Positions 26,856-35,622 of a DNA stretch of 57,160 nt are shown here, one piece after another. The notes beneath the pieces are model-generated. The model worked only from the letters and a program-made list of their open reading frames with translations. It searched no databases and had not been told where the DNA came from. Source of the DNA: an uncultured archaeon (GTDB lineage Archaea > Aenigmatarchaeota > Aenigmatarchaeia > CG10238-14 > EX4484-224); NCBI GenBank assembly GCA_964524025.1, contig CAZGBT010000001.1:1-57160 (forward strand), in the 5' to 3' direction. A program made the position numbers and the translations under genes. Numbering within the stretch: the first letter of the stretch is position 1; every line of letters begins with the position of its first letter.

Positions 26856-27785
26856 ATGTCGATAAGACTATATCCTACTAGCAAAGAATGGTTTGATACA
26901 AGGAAATGGCAAAAAAGAGTTAAGTTAATAAGTGGAGTAGAATGTTATTTGATTCCCTTTATCAGGCACATTACGTCCGTTTTTCCAGGTCTTGATCGTA
27001 GGTTAATCGTACCAGTGCTTATGGTAGTTCTTTATAAGAAATTAATGTTTCCTTTTTTCGATTTTGTTAATTTGCAACATAGACGGCTACGTAACTATAT
27101 AAGGAAAATGGTAAGAGAGGGTTATTTAAAGGGATACGAAGAGGAGCCAACTCCTTTAGAAAGAGACGCTTATGATGAAATTAAAATTTCTCACAAGTTG
27201 AGCGGAAAGCAAAATAGGCCCGTCGAACTGCCATTTTACAACTTGAGAAAACTCGTAAAGGTGCTTACGGGTATAAACTTAGATAGAATTGGGGTAGAGA
27301 TAGTTCCTTTCAGTTCTACCTTCAAAACAACACCTGCAACTTCTGCTATTGCGTGCTGTTTAGCCAGCCCGCGTTCTGTAGAAGAAATAAGCACCTTAAC
27401 AGGTTATTCAACTAACACTGTAAGTAATTGCTTATGCGGGTTTCGGTGGTTAAAAATAGTTAAGAGGAGAAAGGGAAAGTTCGAATTAACATCGTTAGAT
27501 CATTACGTTGATGCATATAGATCTTTCGAAGATCATCTGCAAAAAATGCTTAGAAGAACAAAAACATATTGCTTAGCTGTTGCTGGCGAAAAAATTGATT
27601 GCAGTCCTAACACAGTAAAAATGTGGAAAACTTCTAGCGCGATGCCATATGTAGTACCAAAAAAATCTATATGGCTTGCTTATAACTTAAAATTGCTGGA
27701 TGAGGATGAAAGGGATTTTTTGCTTACTTTTCGCGATTACAGGGAATTTATCTCATCACTAGAAGAGCCAGCACCTTTTGGTTAA
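26856..27785 (+). CDS. hypothetical protein with probable winged-helix/HTH segments
   Basis: Long clean ORF. The segments SVEEISTLTGYSTNTVSNCL and IDCSPNTVKMWK look HTH-like. No family recognised. Confidence 0.4.
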   Translation: MSIRLYPTSKEWFDTRKWQKRVKLISGVECYLIPFIRHITSVFPGLDRRLIVPVLMVVLYKKLMFPFFDFVNLQHRRLRNYIRKMVREGYLKGYEEEPTPLERDAYDEIKISHKLSGKQNRPVELPFYNLRKLVKVLTGINLDRIGVEIVPFSSTFKTTPATSAIACCLASPRSVEEISTLTGYSTNTVSNCLCGFRWLKIVKRRKGKFELTSLDHYVDAYRSFEDHLQKMLRRTKTYCLAVAGEKIDCSPNTVKMWKTSSAMPYVVPKKSIWLAYNLKLLDEDERDFLLTFRDYREFISSLEEPAPFG

Positions 27786-27888
27786 AATAACTACACCCAC
27801 TGCGATAGATTGGCAATTGGAATACCTTTGTTAGTTTTAGGTATCTTTGCAAAGTTTTTTCTAAACCTTTTCTAAAATTTAAAACTTT

Positions 27889-28869
27889 TTAATGAACCAT
27901 TACAGGTCCTTTAGTTCCATGCAAATAATTATAAGCTTGTAAAGCCGCTTTACAACCTTCTCCAGCTGCAACTACTAACTGCTTAAAAGGAACGTTGGTT
28001 ATATCACCTGCAGCAAAAACCCCGGGTCTTATTTTGTCTGAATCTGGATAAAAAGTTTCATTTTTCTGCGTAATTACGATTTGATTTCTTTCGTCTAGTT
28101 TTACAAAATCTTTGAATGGACTCGGATCTATAACTAAACCTATTTGGATAAAGATTCCATCAACTTTTAATTCAAAAGTTTCGCCAGTTCCTACTATTTT
28201 TCCTTCTTCCATTTTAGTTTTTTCTAAAACTATACTTTCTACCTTATCCTTTCCTTTAATTTCCTTAACTATCGCCCAAAGTATTATCTCAATATTTTCT
28301 TTAGACTTAACCCTTTCCACTAATTCTTCAAAGCCTCTAAACTCACCTCTTCTATGGATTAGATATACTTTTTTTGCAAATTTGCTTCCAAGTAGAGCTG
28401 CCTCTAAAGCAGAGTTTCCGCCGCCTATTACAGCAACTACTTTATCTTTAAATAAAGGCATATCACAAGTTGCACAATAGCTAACACCTTTTCCTAAAAA
28501 TTTATCTTCCCCAGGTACGTTTAGCTTGCGGGGTGTCTTTCCCATAGCAATTATTATAGTTTTGCATTTCCACTCTTGCTTATTAGTTTTAACTACGTAA
28601 AATCCCTCTTTTTCTTCAAAACCCTTAACTTCTTCAAAAGCAATTTTTAAACCATTTTCTAATGCTTGTTCAAAAATTCTTTTTACTAATTCAGAACCTT
28701 TAATTTGTTTAAAGCCTGGATAATTTTCTATAACTTCAGCCCAATTCGCTTGCCCTCCTATTTCTTTTGTTATTAAAATGGTTTTCATTTTCCTTCTTAA
28801 AGCATAAATAGCAGCTGTTAAACCTGCAATTCCACCTCCGCAAATTATTAAATCGTAAATTTCTTCCAT
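27889..28869 (-). CDS. trxB: thioredoxin reductase
   Basis: FAD motif (YDLIICGGGIAGLTAA), redox-active CATCD, NAD(P)H motif (VIGGGNSALEAA) and GDIT near the C-terminus. Confidence 0.9.
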   Translation of the reverse strand: MEEIYDLIICGGGIAGLTAAIYALRRKMKTILITKEIGGQANWAEVIENYPGFKQIKGSELVKRIFEQALENGLKIAFEEVKGFEEKEGFYVVKTNKQEWKCKTIIIAMGKTPRKLNVPGEDKFLGKGVSYCATCDMPLFKDKVVAVIGGGNSALEAALLGSKFAKKVYLIHRRGEFRGFEELVERVKSKENIEIILWAIVKEIKGKDKVESIVLEKTKMEEGKIVGTGETFELKVDGIFIQIGLVIDPSPFKDFVKLDERNQIVITQKNETFYPDSDKIRPGVFAAGDITNVPFKQLVVAAGEGCKAALQAYNYLHGTKGPVMVH

Positions 28870-28931
28870 AGTTTATCTACAAAAAATTTTTAGCAAAGAA
28901 AAGAAAAAACCAAGCAAGTTTTTCATAAATT

Positions 28932-29183
28932 TTAACTTTTTTTTATTAAAAATAAAACTTCGTCACGATTTGGTATACCAATTATTACATGCTTTCTATC
29001 TACTATTGCTGCTGGTACGCTTCTTATGTTATAAATAGAAGTTAACAGCTTGCCTTCTTCAGAAAGTGCGTCGATGATTTTTAATTTAAGGTCCAGCTCT
29101 CTTTTAAAACTTTCCCAAACTATTTTTGCTATTGGGCAGTGGGGACAATTTTTTGAAATTAAAAGTATAACTTCTTTTGTCAC
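28932..29183 (-). CDS. small glutaredoxin/thioredoxin-like protein (CPHC)
   Basis: 83 aa with ISKNCPHCPIAK and a cis-Pro context (SVPAAIV). Adjacent to trxB. Confidence 0.7.
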   Translation of the reverse strand: MTKEVILLISKNCPHCPIAKIVWESFKRELDLKLKIIDALSEEGKLLTSIYNIRSVPAAIVDRKHVIIGIPNRDEVLFLIKKS

Positions 29184-29217
29184 GTTAAATTTATTAGCTA
29201 TTATGATTTAAATCCCT

Positions 29218-29278
29218 AAATCTGATGAGGAAGGACGGGCAGGTTGAACCAATGAGAATGCCTCCCTTCCTGAAGAGG
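29218..29278 (+). ncRNA. candidate box C/D-like sRNA or K-turn hairpin RNA
   Basis: An isolated GC-rich patch in an intergenic region. It contains CTGATGA (C box, 29222-29228), a C'-like ATGAGA (29252-29257), exactly 12 nt (ATGCCTCCCTTC), then CTGA (D box, 29270-29273). The D' box is poor, and the two guide regions can pair with each other (AGGAAGG/CCTTCCT). Confidence 0.35.
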
Positions 29279-29283
29279 GGAAG

Positions 29284-29559
29284 ATGAGAAGGGTAAGAGT
29301 AAAAATTTACGGAAGAGTTCAAGGTGTATTTTTTAGAGCAAATACAAAAAGATTAGCTGATGAAGTAGGAGTAAAAGGTTGGATAAGAAATTGCGAAGAT
29401 GGAACTGTAGAAGCTGTTTTCGAAGGAGAAGATAAAGCTGTAGAAAAAATGATTAAATGGTGTCATAAAGGTCCACCTTTAGCTAGGGTAGAAAAGGTTA
29501 AAGTAAATGAAGAAAAGTTTAAGGGAGAGTTCAAAGATTTTAGAATAATTTACTTTTAA
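29284..29559 (+). CDS. acyP: acylphosphatase
   Basis: Canonical motif (VKIYGRVQGVFFRANTKRLADEVGVKGWIRNCEDGTVEAVFEG) and 91-aa size. Confidence 0.9.
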   Translation: MRRVRVKIYGRVQGVFFRANTKRLADEVGVKGWIRNCEDGTVEAVFEGEDKAVEKMIKWCHKGPPLARVEKVKVNEEKFKGEFKDFRIIYF

Positions 29560-30521
29560 CAAACACCCTTACCTGTTGTACTCCCTGAATAACTTACTGA
29601 AAAACCTCTGTTTGCTTGTTTTTCTGTTAACTTAATCTTACAAAATTCTGGTTTTTCTTCAAATCCACAGCAAATTATTGTTTTTACAGCTTCTGCCGAC
29701 CTTCCTCCAAAATTATATTCGTTAACTCTTTGATCGTTAAGTATTAAAGTTGGAGAGCCTGTAACTCTGTACTTAGCTTGCAAATCAAAATCTTCTTCAG
29801 CATATTTTAAACCTCTTTGCGAATCATTCATGCAATCTTCAAGCTTTCCTTTATCTACGCTAGCTACATCTAAACATTTTTCTGATTCGCCTTTCTTTAT
29901 GAAGCAATCTATATATTTCCAGAACTTATCAGATTGTTCTTCTCTTATGCAAATTTCCTTTAAATTTTCAGTGGCCTCCTTATCTCCATGCATGCTTCTT
30001 ATTTTTCCGTTTTCAATAGATCCTAAATATCTAACTTCTATATAATCAGCCATTTCTGGAATATTCTTTACTATTTCATTCAAAACCCTTAGCATTTGTA
30101 AACCAAAAGGACAGTAGCTCACTACAAAAGCTCTTAAAATTGGTTTTTTTCTTTTCGGTAAACTCTCACAACTTTGTGCAGCAATAGTTTTTCTTAGACT
30201 TTCTGAAGTATCAAAAGGATTTGAAACGAATAAGTATTTACCATCTTTAGTTATGTAAACCGGTATTTCTCTTCCTCTATAGCTAGTAACAACTTTATAC
30301 ATACCAGAAAACTCTTCAACTCTTACCAGAGTTGCCTTTCCACCCTGAACTAAATTTTTGTTAATGTATTCAATAGCTTTCCTTCCAGCTTCTTCAGCAG
30401 TTAGCAGTTGGACAGCTTTGCCACCAATTTTTAATATGTTAAAAAAACTTAGCAAAAAGAGAACCAAAAGAGCAAGAGTCGAAAAAAACCAAACATTCAA
30501 TTTTATCTTTGCTCCTTCCAT
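29556..30521 (-). CDS. membrane-anchored DsbA-like thioredoxin-fold protein (single-Cys CPFG site)
   Basis: N-terminal TM anchor, VVSYCPFGLQ in place of CxxC, and the cis-Pro region VTGSPTLILND typical of the DsbA-like fold. Confidence 0.45.
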   Translation of the reverse strand: MEGAKIKLNVWFFSTLALLVLFLLSFFNILKIGGKAVQLLTAEEAGRKAIEYINKNLVQGGKATLVRVEEFSGMYKVVTSYRGREIPVYITKDGKYLFVSNPFDTSESLRKTIAAQSCESLPKRKKPILRAFVVSYCPFGLQMLRVLNEIVKNIPEMADYIEVRYLGSIENGKIRSMHGDKEATENLKEICIREEQSDKFWKYIDCFIKKGESEKCLDVASVDKGKLEDCMNDSQRGLKYAEEDFDLQAKYRVTGSPTLILNDQRVNEYNFGGRSAEAVKTIICCGFEEKPEFCKIKLTEKQANRGFSVSYSGSTTGKGVC

Positions 30522-30522
30522 C

Positions 30523-31281
30523 CTATCTACCGAATATTTTGAGCATTAATTTGAAGAAACTTTGTTTTTTAACTTTAAATTCTTTCCCTAGAAGCCAATA
30601 GCCTAGTTTTTTAATTTCAACTGCAGCCTTACTTTCTGGAAACAATTCAAACAAAGGCCTTCTTAAAAATATACTTTCCTCAACTTTCCTGTCTTCAGGA
30701 ATTCTTGCTAAAATTGGATAATCGAAAAAGGCTTCTACAAAATCCATAAACTTAAACTTCTTTGGTATTCTGTTTATTACTACACCCAAAATTTTTTTAT
30801 CGAGTTTTTCAGCTAGCTTTAGCACTTTTAAACCATCTAGAATAGCTGGTAGATTTGGGTTTGTAACCAAAATTATTTCATCACAAGCTTCTAAACAAGC
30901 TAGAGTTTCTCTTCCTATGCCAGCAGAACCATCTAGCAATATGAAATCTGCTTTAGGTAAGATTGGTAAGACAGCATTTATTAACATGGAAGGTTCTAAA
31001 CCGCTCAATTTTCCTAAACTTATACTTCCAGGTATTAAGTTAATTCCAGATGGTAATTTGTAGATGCATCTTTCGATTTCAAAATTTCCTCTTAAAAAAT
31101 CATGAAGAGTAATGTTTGGTGCTAGCAAACCAAAATGCAAGGCTAAATTTGGGGTTGTAAGGTTTGCATCTATAGCATAAACCCTTTGGTTTAGTTCTGC
31201 TAAAGCATAAGCTAGGTTTGCCGTCAAAAAGGTTTTTCCAGTTCCTCCTTTTCCAGAAGTTATCAAAATAACCCTTGCCAC
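30523..31281 (-). CDS. minD: MinD/ParA-family P-loop ATPase (archaeal MinD-like)
   Basis: Deviant Walker A (ITSGKGGTGKTFLTANLA) and Walker B region (FILLDGSAG). Confidence 0.8.
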   Translation of the reverse strand: MARVILITSGKGGTGKTFLTANLAYALAELNQRVYAIDANLTTPNLALHFGLLAPNITLHDFLRGNFEIERCIYKLPSGINLIPGSISLGKLSGLEPSMLINAVLPILPKADFILLDGSAGIGRETLACLEACDEIILVTNPNLPAILDGLKVLKLAEKLDKKILGVVINRIPKKFKFMDFVEAFFDYPILARIPEDRKVEESIFLRRPLFELFPESKAAVEIKKLGYWLLGKEFKVKKQSFFKLMLKIFGR

Positions 31282-31464
31282 AATTATAAAAGAGTAAATA
31301 GATTAAAATTTGTTAAGAATTATGGGGGTCTTACCTTTAACGCAATTCAAACCACCTCTAATTCAAGTAGATTATGTAAGCATATCAGTTTCTTTCTTAA
31401 TAGGCTTTCTAGTTGCAATGTTGTTTTTCGCAAGAGATAAAAGGAAAGAGCCTGAGGTGTTTGG

Positions 31465-32115
31465 ATGAAAACTAGATTTCTTTACATAAATTATGTAGGG
31501 AAGGTTAAAGCTAGTGGAGAAGTTTTTGATACAAATTTAGAAGAAATAGCTAAAAAAGAAGGAATTTATGATGAAAAAAGAAAGTATAAACCGCTTGCTG
31601 TAATAACTGGTTCAAACAGATTGTTTAGAGCATTAGAGGAAGAAATTTCTAAGATGGATGTTGGCGAAAAGAAAATTATAACTCTACCTCCAGAAAAGGC
31701 TTTTGGGTTAAGAGATGAAAAATTGAAAAGAGTCTTTTCTTTAAAAGATTTTGAGAAAGAACCTCAGGTTGGCCAAAAAGTTTTTTTAAGAGGATTAGAA
31801 GGGAGGATAATAAGTATTAGCGGAGGAAGGGTTATAGTAGATTTTAACCATCCGTTAGCTGGTAAGGAATTAGAATTTGAAATAGAAGTTGTAAAAGAGG
31901 CTAAAGATTTGAAAGAAAAGGTTTTAGTCGTGCTCGATTCTTTTACTAATTCTTCTGAAAGTTTTGAAGTTTTGGTTAAAAACGAAAAAGTTGAGATAAA
32001 AGATTTAAAAAATATCCTTACACCATCGCTTAGAATTTCTATTAAAGATGCTATATTCAAATTTCTTAAAAATTTGAAAGAAGTGATTTTTATAAATCAA
32101 TTTTCAGCAAGCTAA
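31465..32115 (+). CDS. FKBP-type peptidyl-prolyl cis-trans isomerase (SlyD-like, archaeal long type)
   Basis: Motifs INYVGKVKASGEVFDTN, an IF-domain insertion, and VDFNHPLAGKELEFEIEV. Confidence 0.85.
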   Translation: MKTRFLYINYVGKVKASGEVFDTNLEEIAKKEGIYDEKRKYKPLAVITGSNRLFRALEEEISKMDVGEKKIITLPPEKAFGLRDEKLKRVFSLKDFEKEPQVGQKVFLRGLEGRIISISGGRVIVDFNHPLAGKELEFEIEVVKEAKDLKEKVLVVLDSFTNSSESFEVLVKNEKVEIKDLKNILTPSLRISIKDAIFKFLKNLKEVIFINQFSAS

Positions 32116-32778
32116 ACTTTTTATAATTTTTAAGGCTTGAACTAAATTTTTAACTTCATAGTCGCTTTTTACTTTCTTACTTTCCTTAAGGTAGTATTTG
32201 GAATGCTCGAATTTTTTAATTAGTATGGTTTTGATTCCAAGCCTTCTAGCAGATTTTATGCTTTCGACTGAATTATCTATAAGTAAAACTTCTTTTGGTT
32301 TTACTCTCAATTTTCTTAAAATTATTCGAAAATATTTTACTTCTTTTTTGCAGCATTTCGTATCATCTTGAGAAAATCTTTTGAATATAAACTTAGAAAG
32401 TTTTGCTTTTTCAACTTTCCAATTAACAACTTCTTTTATAGCATTCGAAACTATTACAGGTTTAAGCCCAAGCTTTTTAACTCCTTTAAGAAATTTTTTT
32501 GCTTCTTTTCTAACTTTAAGATATTTCAAAGCTTTTTTATAGGCATTTTTCCAAAAATCTCCAAGTTTTAATTTGTTAGAATAAATCCTCCAATCATACC
32601 ATTCCTTTTTTCCTTCCAATTCTTTTCCTATTTTCCAAAAAATTTCCTTTGCACGTTTTTTAGAAATTTTAAGTTTTTTGCTTATTTTTTGATAAAATTG
32701 CCTTAGAACTTCTGCCTCTAACCTTCTATTATCGATTAAGGTTCCGTCCAGATCTACAAGGACGAATTTAAGTTTCAT
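32104..32778 (-). CDS. HAD-superfamily hydrolase
   Basis: Motif I (VLVDLDGTLID), motif II-like VSNA, and motif IV (LIDNSVESIKSA). Confidence 0.7.
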   Translation of the reverse strand: MKLKFVLVDLDGTLIDNRRLEAEVLRQFYQKISKKLKISKKRAKEIFWKIGKELEGKKEWYDWRIYSNKLKLGDFWKNAYKKALKYLKVRKEAKKFLKGVKKLGLKPVIVSNAIKEVVNWKVEKAKLSKFIFKRFSQDDTKCCKKEVKYFRIILRKLRVKPKEVLLIDNSVESIKSARRLGIKTILIKKFEHSKYYLKESKKVKSDYEVKNLVQALKIIKSLAC

Positions 32779-32867
32779 AATAAAGTAGTAGTGCTGGTAG
32801 TTTAAGCTGTTTGGTTGCTTTATTGTCGATAAGCAAGCTATTTAACTTTTTCTTTCACTTAAAGTTT

Positions 32868-33788
32868 ATGGGCGTTGAGGAACTTATAAACGAAGCATTA
32901 AATGGGGATAAAAGAGCAATAGCCAGATTGATATCTATAGCAGAAGATTATCCTGAACATGCAACTTCTCTTGTAAGAGAGTTAAAAGAATATGTCAAGG
33001 AATGTCCAGTTATTGGTATTACTGGTCCACAGGGTGTTGGAAAAAGTACTTTAATTGGTAAAATAGTAAAAACTTTAAAAGGAGATTACAGAGATATAGA
33101 AAGAATAGCAATTCTTTGTATAGACCCCTCAAGTATTATAACTGGGGGTGCGTTTTTAGGAGATAGAATAAGAATGGCTGACTATATAGATGAAAAAGTT
33201 TTTGTAAGAAGCATGGCTACGAGAGGAAGTTTGATTGGTGGAATTTGTAGGGCGGCTTATGCAGCTCTTTACATTTACAAAGCAACTTACAGACCTGACC
33301 TTATACTAGTAGAAACCACTGGCACAGGTCAGGCTGATGTTGGAATACTGGCGTTTACCGATAAAACATTGCTTGTCTTAACACCAGCGGCTGGTGATGA
33401 GATCCAAGTTTTAAAAGCAGGTTGCATAGAGTTAGCTGATGCAATTGTTGTTAATAAAGCTGATTTGCCAGGATCTGATATAGCTGTTAGCATTCTTTCT
33501 GAGTGGTTTCCTAACAAGCCCATTTTCAAGACTAATGTAATTTCTGGTGAAGGAATTAAAGAAGTTGTAGAGTATATTTTAAGTCCTGAAAAAGTTTCTG
33601 AAGAAGAGCGACTAAGAAAGTATAGGATCGGTATAAAACTTTTTGCAGCAGATAAATTTATGAATGGTCTTGAAAAGTATCTAGACGAATGCAATTTGGA
33701 GGATTATATAAAAGAAGGTATAGACTTGCTATCGGCTTCTGAGCAAATTTTAAGCAATTTTATTAAAAAGATGTATCAAGAAGGTTAG
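32868..33788 (+). CDS. MeaB/ArgK-family G3E GTPase (AdoCbl-enzyme chaperone family)
   Basis: GDKRAIARLISIAED, P-loop (GPQGVGKST), VETTGTGQADV and NKADL. I chose the internal ATG at 32868 (MGVEELINEAL...). The track start at 32811 is TTG with a hydrophobic junk-like extension. Confidence 0.75.
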   Translation: MGVEELINEALNGDKRAIARLISIAEDYPEHATSLVRELKEYVKECPVIGITGPQGVGKSTLIGKIVKTLKGDYRDIERIAILCIDPSSIITGGAFLGDRIRMADYIDEKVFVRSMATRGSLIGGICRAAYAALYIYKATYRPDLILVETTGTGQADVGILAFTDKTLLVLTPAAGDEIQVLKAGCIELADAIVVNKADLPGSDIAVSILSEWFPNKPIFKTNVISGEGIKEVVEYILSPEKVSEEERLRKYRIGIKLFAADKFMNGLEKYLDECNLEDYIKEGIDLLSASEQILSNFIKKMYQEG

Positions 33789-34223
33789 TTATAGATTTTC
33801 TTCTGTAACTACTTTAACTCCTTTTTGAATGAGCATTGCAGCCAGAACTCCATAGCCTTCTTTCAGCTCTCCATTAATGTAAGTTTTTCCACATCCGCAA
33901 GAAGGAGATTTTTGCTTAAGAATAGCCTCTTTTACTCCTAACTTTTTACAAAGATTCGCTATAAATTTAACAGCCTTTAAAACTTTCTCTGTTACATCTT
34001 TTCCGCTTTTAGTAAGGATTTTACCCTTACCGATTATAACATCGAAACCATCAGTTGTTAAATATATCTCTTCTCTAGGAACACCTAAACCAGCAAAAAC
34101 TTCAGGGCAAACGGGTATTAAAATATCTTTTTTGTACAAATCAAAAACTTTTTCGTTGAAATTTGATTTACCATTATATTTGCATTTAATACCTAGTAAA
34201 CAGGCGCTTACTATTTTAACCAT
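33789..34223 (-). CDS. DUF523 family protein (2-thiouracil desulfurase-like)
   Basis: N-terminal signature (VSACLLGIKCKYNGK), ...PVCPE..., and a C-terminal SPSCG motif. Confidence 0.75.
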   Translation of the reverse strand: MVKIVSACLLGIKCKYNGKSNFNEKVFDLYKKDILIPVCPEVFAGLGVPREEIYLTTDGFDVIIGKGKILTKSGKDVTEKVLKAVKFIANLCKKLGVKEAILKQKSPSCGCGKTYINGELKEGYGVLAAMLIQKGVKVVTEENL

Positions 34224-35589
34224 CTTTAAACCTTACTATATCTCTATCGTCTAAAAATTCACCAGTTTGTATTTCTATTATATTTAAAGGAATTTTGCCT
34301 GCATTTTCTAACTTATGCTTGGTAGTTGCTGGTATAAAAATGCTTTCTCCGCTTTTTAATAAAACTTCTTTTTCACCAGCCTTTATTTTTGCAACTCCCC
34401 TTACAACTACCCAATGTTCATTTCTATGATAATGCATATGTAAACTCAAACTTTTTCCTGGATAAACTGTTAAGAGTCTTATCTTATAAGTTGGCGTTTC
34501 TTCTAGAGTTGTATAAAAACCCCATGGTCTATAAACAGTAGAGTGAAACTTTACTTTTTCATTTCCTTTCTCTTTAAGCTTTTTTACCAATTCTTTTATT
34601 TTTTGCGAAGATTTTCGAGGAGCTACGAGTAATACGTCGTCTGTTCCTATTATTATCATGTCTTTTACGTCTATGCAAGCAACAAATTTATTGGAAATTA
34701 TGAGATTATTTTTTGAATTTATACAGAAATACTCACCGCTTGCAGCATTTCCGTTAGAATCTTTCTTCATAAGCTCGTAAATTGATTCAAAACTTCCTAT
34801 ATCACTCCAAAAACTCTTAAGAGGAATTACAGCAACTTTTTTTGATTTTTCTAACAATCCCTTATCGACAGAGATCGATGGTAATTCTGAATACTTTCCG
34901 CCTTCTTCAAAAATTTTACAAATATTGCTTGCATATTTTTTGCATTCCTCAAAGAAAATTTTGGTTGAGAATACAAACATACCGCTATTCCATAAGCACC
35001 CTTCTTTTATTAGCCTTTCTGCCATTTCTTTATCTGGTTTTTCTATAAATCTTAAAACCCTAAAGCCGTATCCAACTCTTTCAGCTGGCTTTATGTATCC
35101 ATAACCTGTATGAGGGCAAGTTGGTTTTATTCCAAACGTTACTAAAAAACTTTCAGCTAACTTTTCTGCTTCTTTAAAAGCTTTCTTTAAATCTTCATCT
35201 ATTCCGACGAAATGATCTGAAGGAAGAATAGAAACTATAGAATCTCCCCATTCTTTTTGAATAGTCTTCAAACCCAAATAGATAGCTGGCAAAGTATTTT
35301 TAGATAAGGGTTCTGTTATTATGTTTAAACTTAATCCCATTTCTTCGAGTTGTTGTTCTATCAAGAACTTTTGCTTTTCGTTGGTTATTACGTAAATTTC
35401 TTCAGGTTTTGAGAACAAAAGAGCTCTTTTAACAGTTCTTTGAAATAAAGACTCAAAACTAGATGGAAACCCTTTTATTACAGGAGAAAATGGTTGAGTT
35501 TTAAATTTTATAAACTGTTTTGCAAAATTTTCTCTGCTTAAAGGAAATAACCTAGTTCCAAAACCACCAGCTAAGATTAAGGTTTTCAT
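34216..35589 (-). CDS. manC: mannose-1-phosphate guanylyltransferase / mannose-6-phosphate isomerase (bifunctional, cupin C-terminus)
   Basis: NTP-transferase N-terminus (LILAGGFGTRLFPLS) and a C-terminal cupin (HYHRNEHWVVVRGVAKI...IPATTKHKLEN). Confidence 0.85.
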   Translation of the reverse strand: MKTLILAGGFGTRLFPLSRENFAKQFIKFKTQPFSPVIKGFPSSFESLFQRTVKRALLFSKPEEIYVITNEKQKFLIEQQLEEMGLSLNIITEPLSKNTLPAIYLGLKTIQKEWGDSIVSILPSDHFVGIDEDLKKAFKEAEKLAESFLVTFGIKPTCPHTGYGYIKPAERVGYGFRVLRFIEKPDKEMAERLIKEGCLWNSGMFVFSTKIFFEECKKYASNICKIFEEGGKYSELPSISVDKGLLEKSKKVAVIPLKSFWSDIGSFESIYELMKKDSNGNAASGEYFCINSKNNLIISNKFVACIDVKDMIIIGTDDVLLVAPRKSSQKIKELVKKLKEKGNEKVKFHSTVYRPWGFYTTLEETPTYKIRLLTVYPGKSLSLHMHYHRNEHWVVVRGVAKIKAGEKEVLLKSGESIFIPATTKHKLENAGKIPLNIIEIQTGEFLDDRDIVRFKDG

Positions 35590-35622
35590 GCTAATTAGTT
35601 CAAGAATATTAAATTTATAAGG

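Noticed and set aside
29222-29276. Possible hammerhead ribozyme because of CUGAUGAG followed by a stem and GAA
   Set aside because: After the stem the sequence reads C-U-GAAG, not C-GAAA. There is an extra U, and the conserved A15.1 is a G. No helix I/III partners or plausible cleavage-site triplet could be found in the flanks.
31321-31455. 44-aa ORF with one TM helix (MGVLPLTQFKPPLIQVDYVSISVSFLIGFLVAMLFFARDKKERA) upstream of the FKBP gene
   Set aside because: It is plausible as a small membrane protein. It is too short, though, and has no motif or conservation evidence, so it is not reported as a feature.
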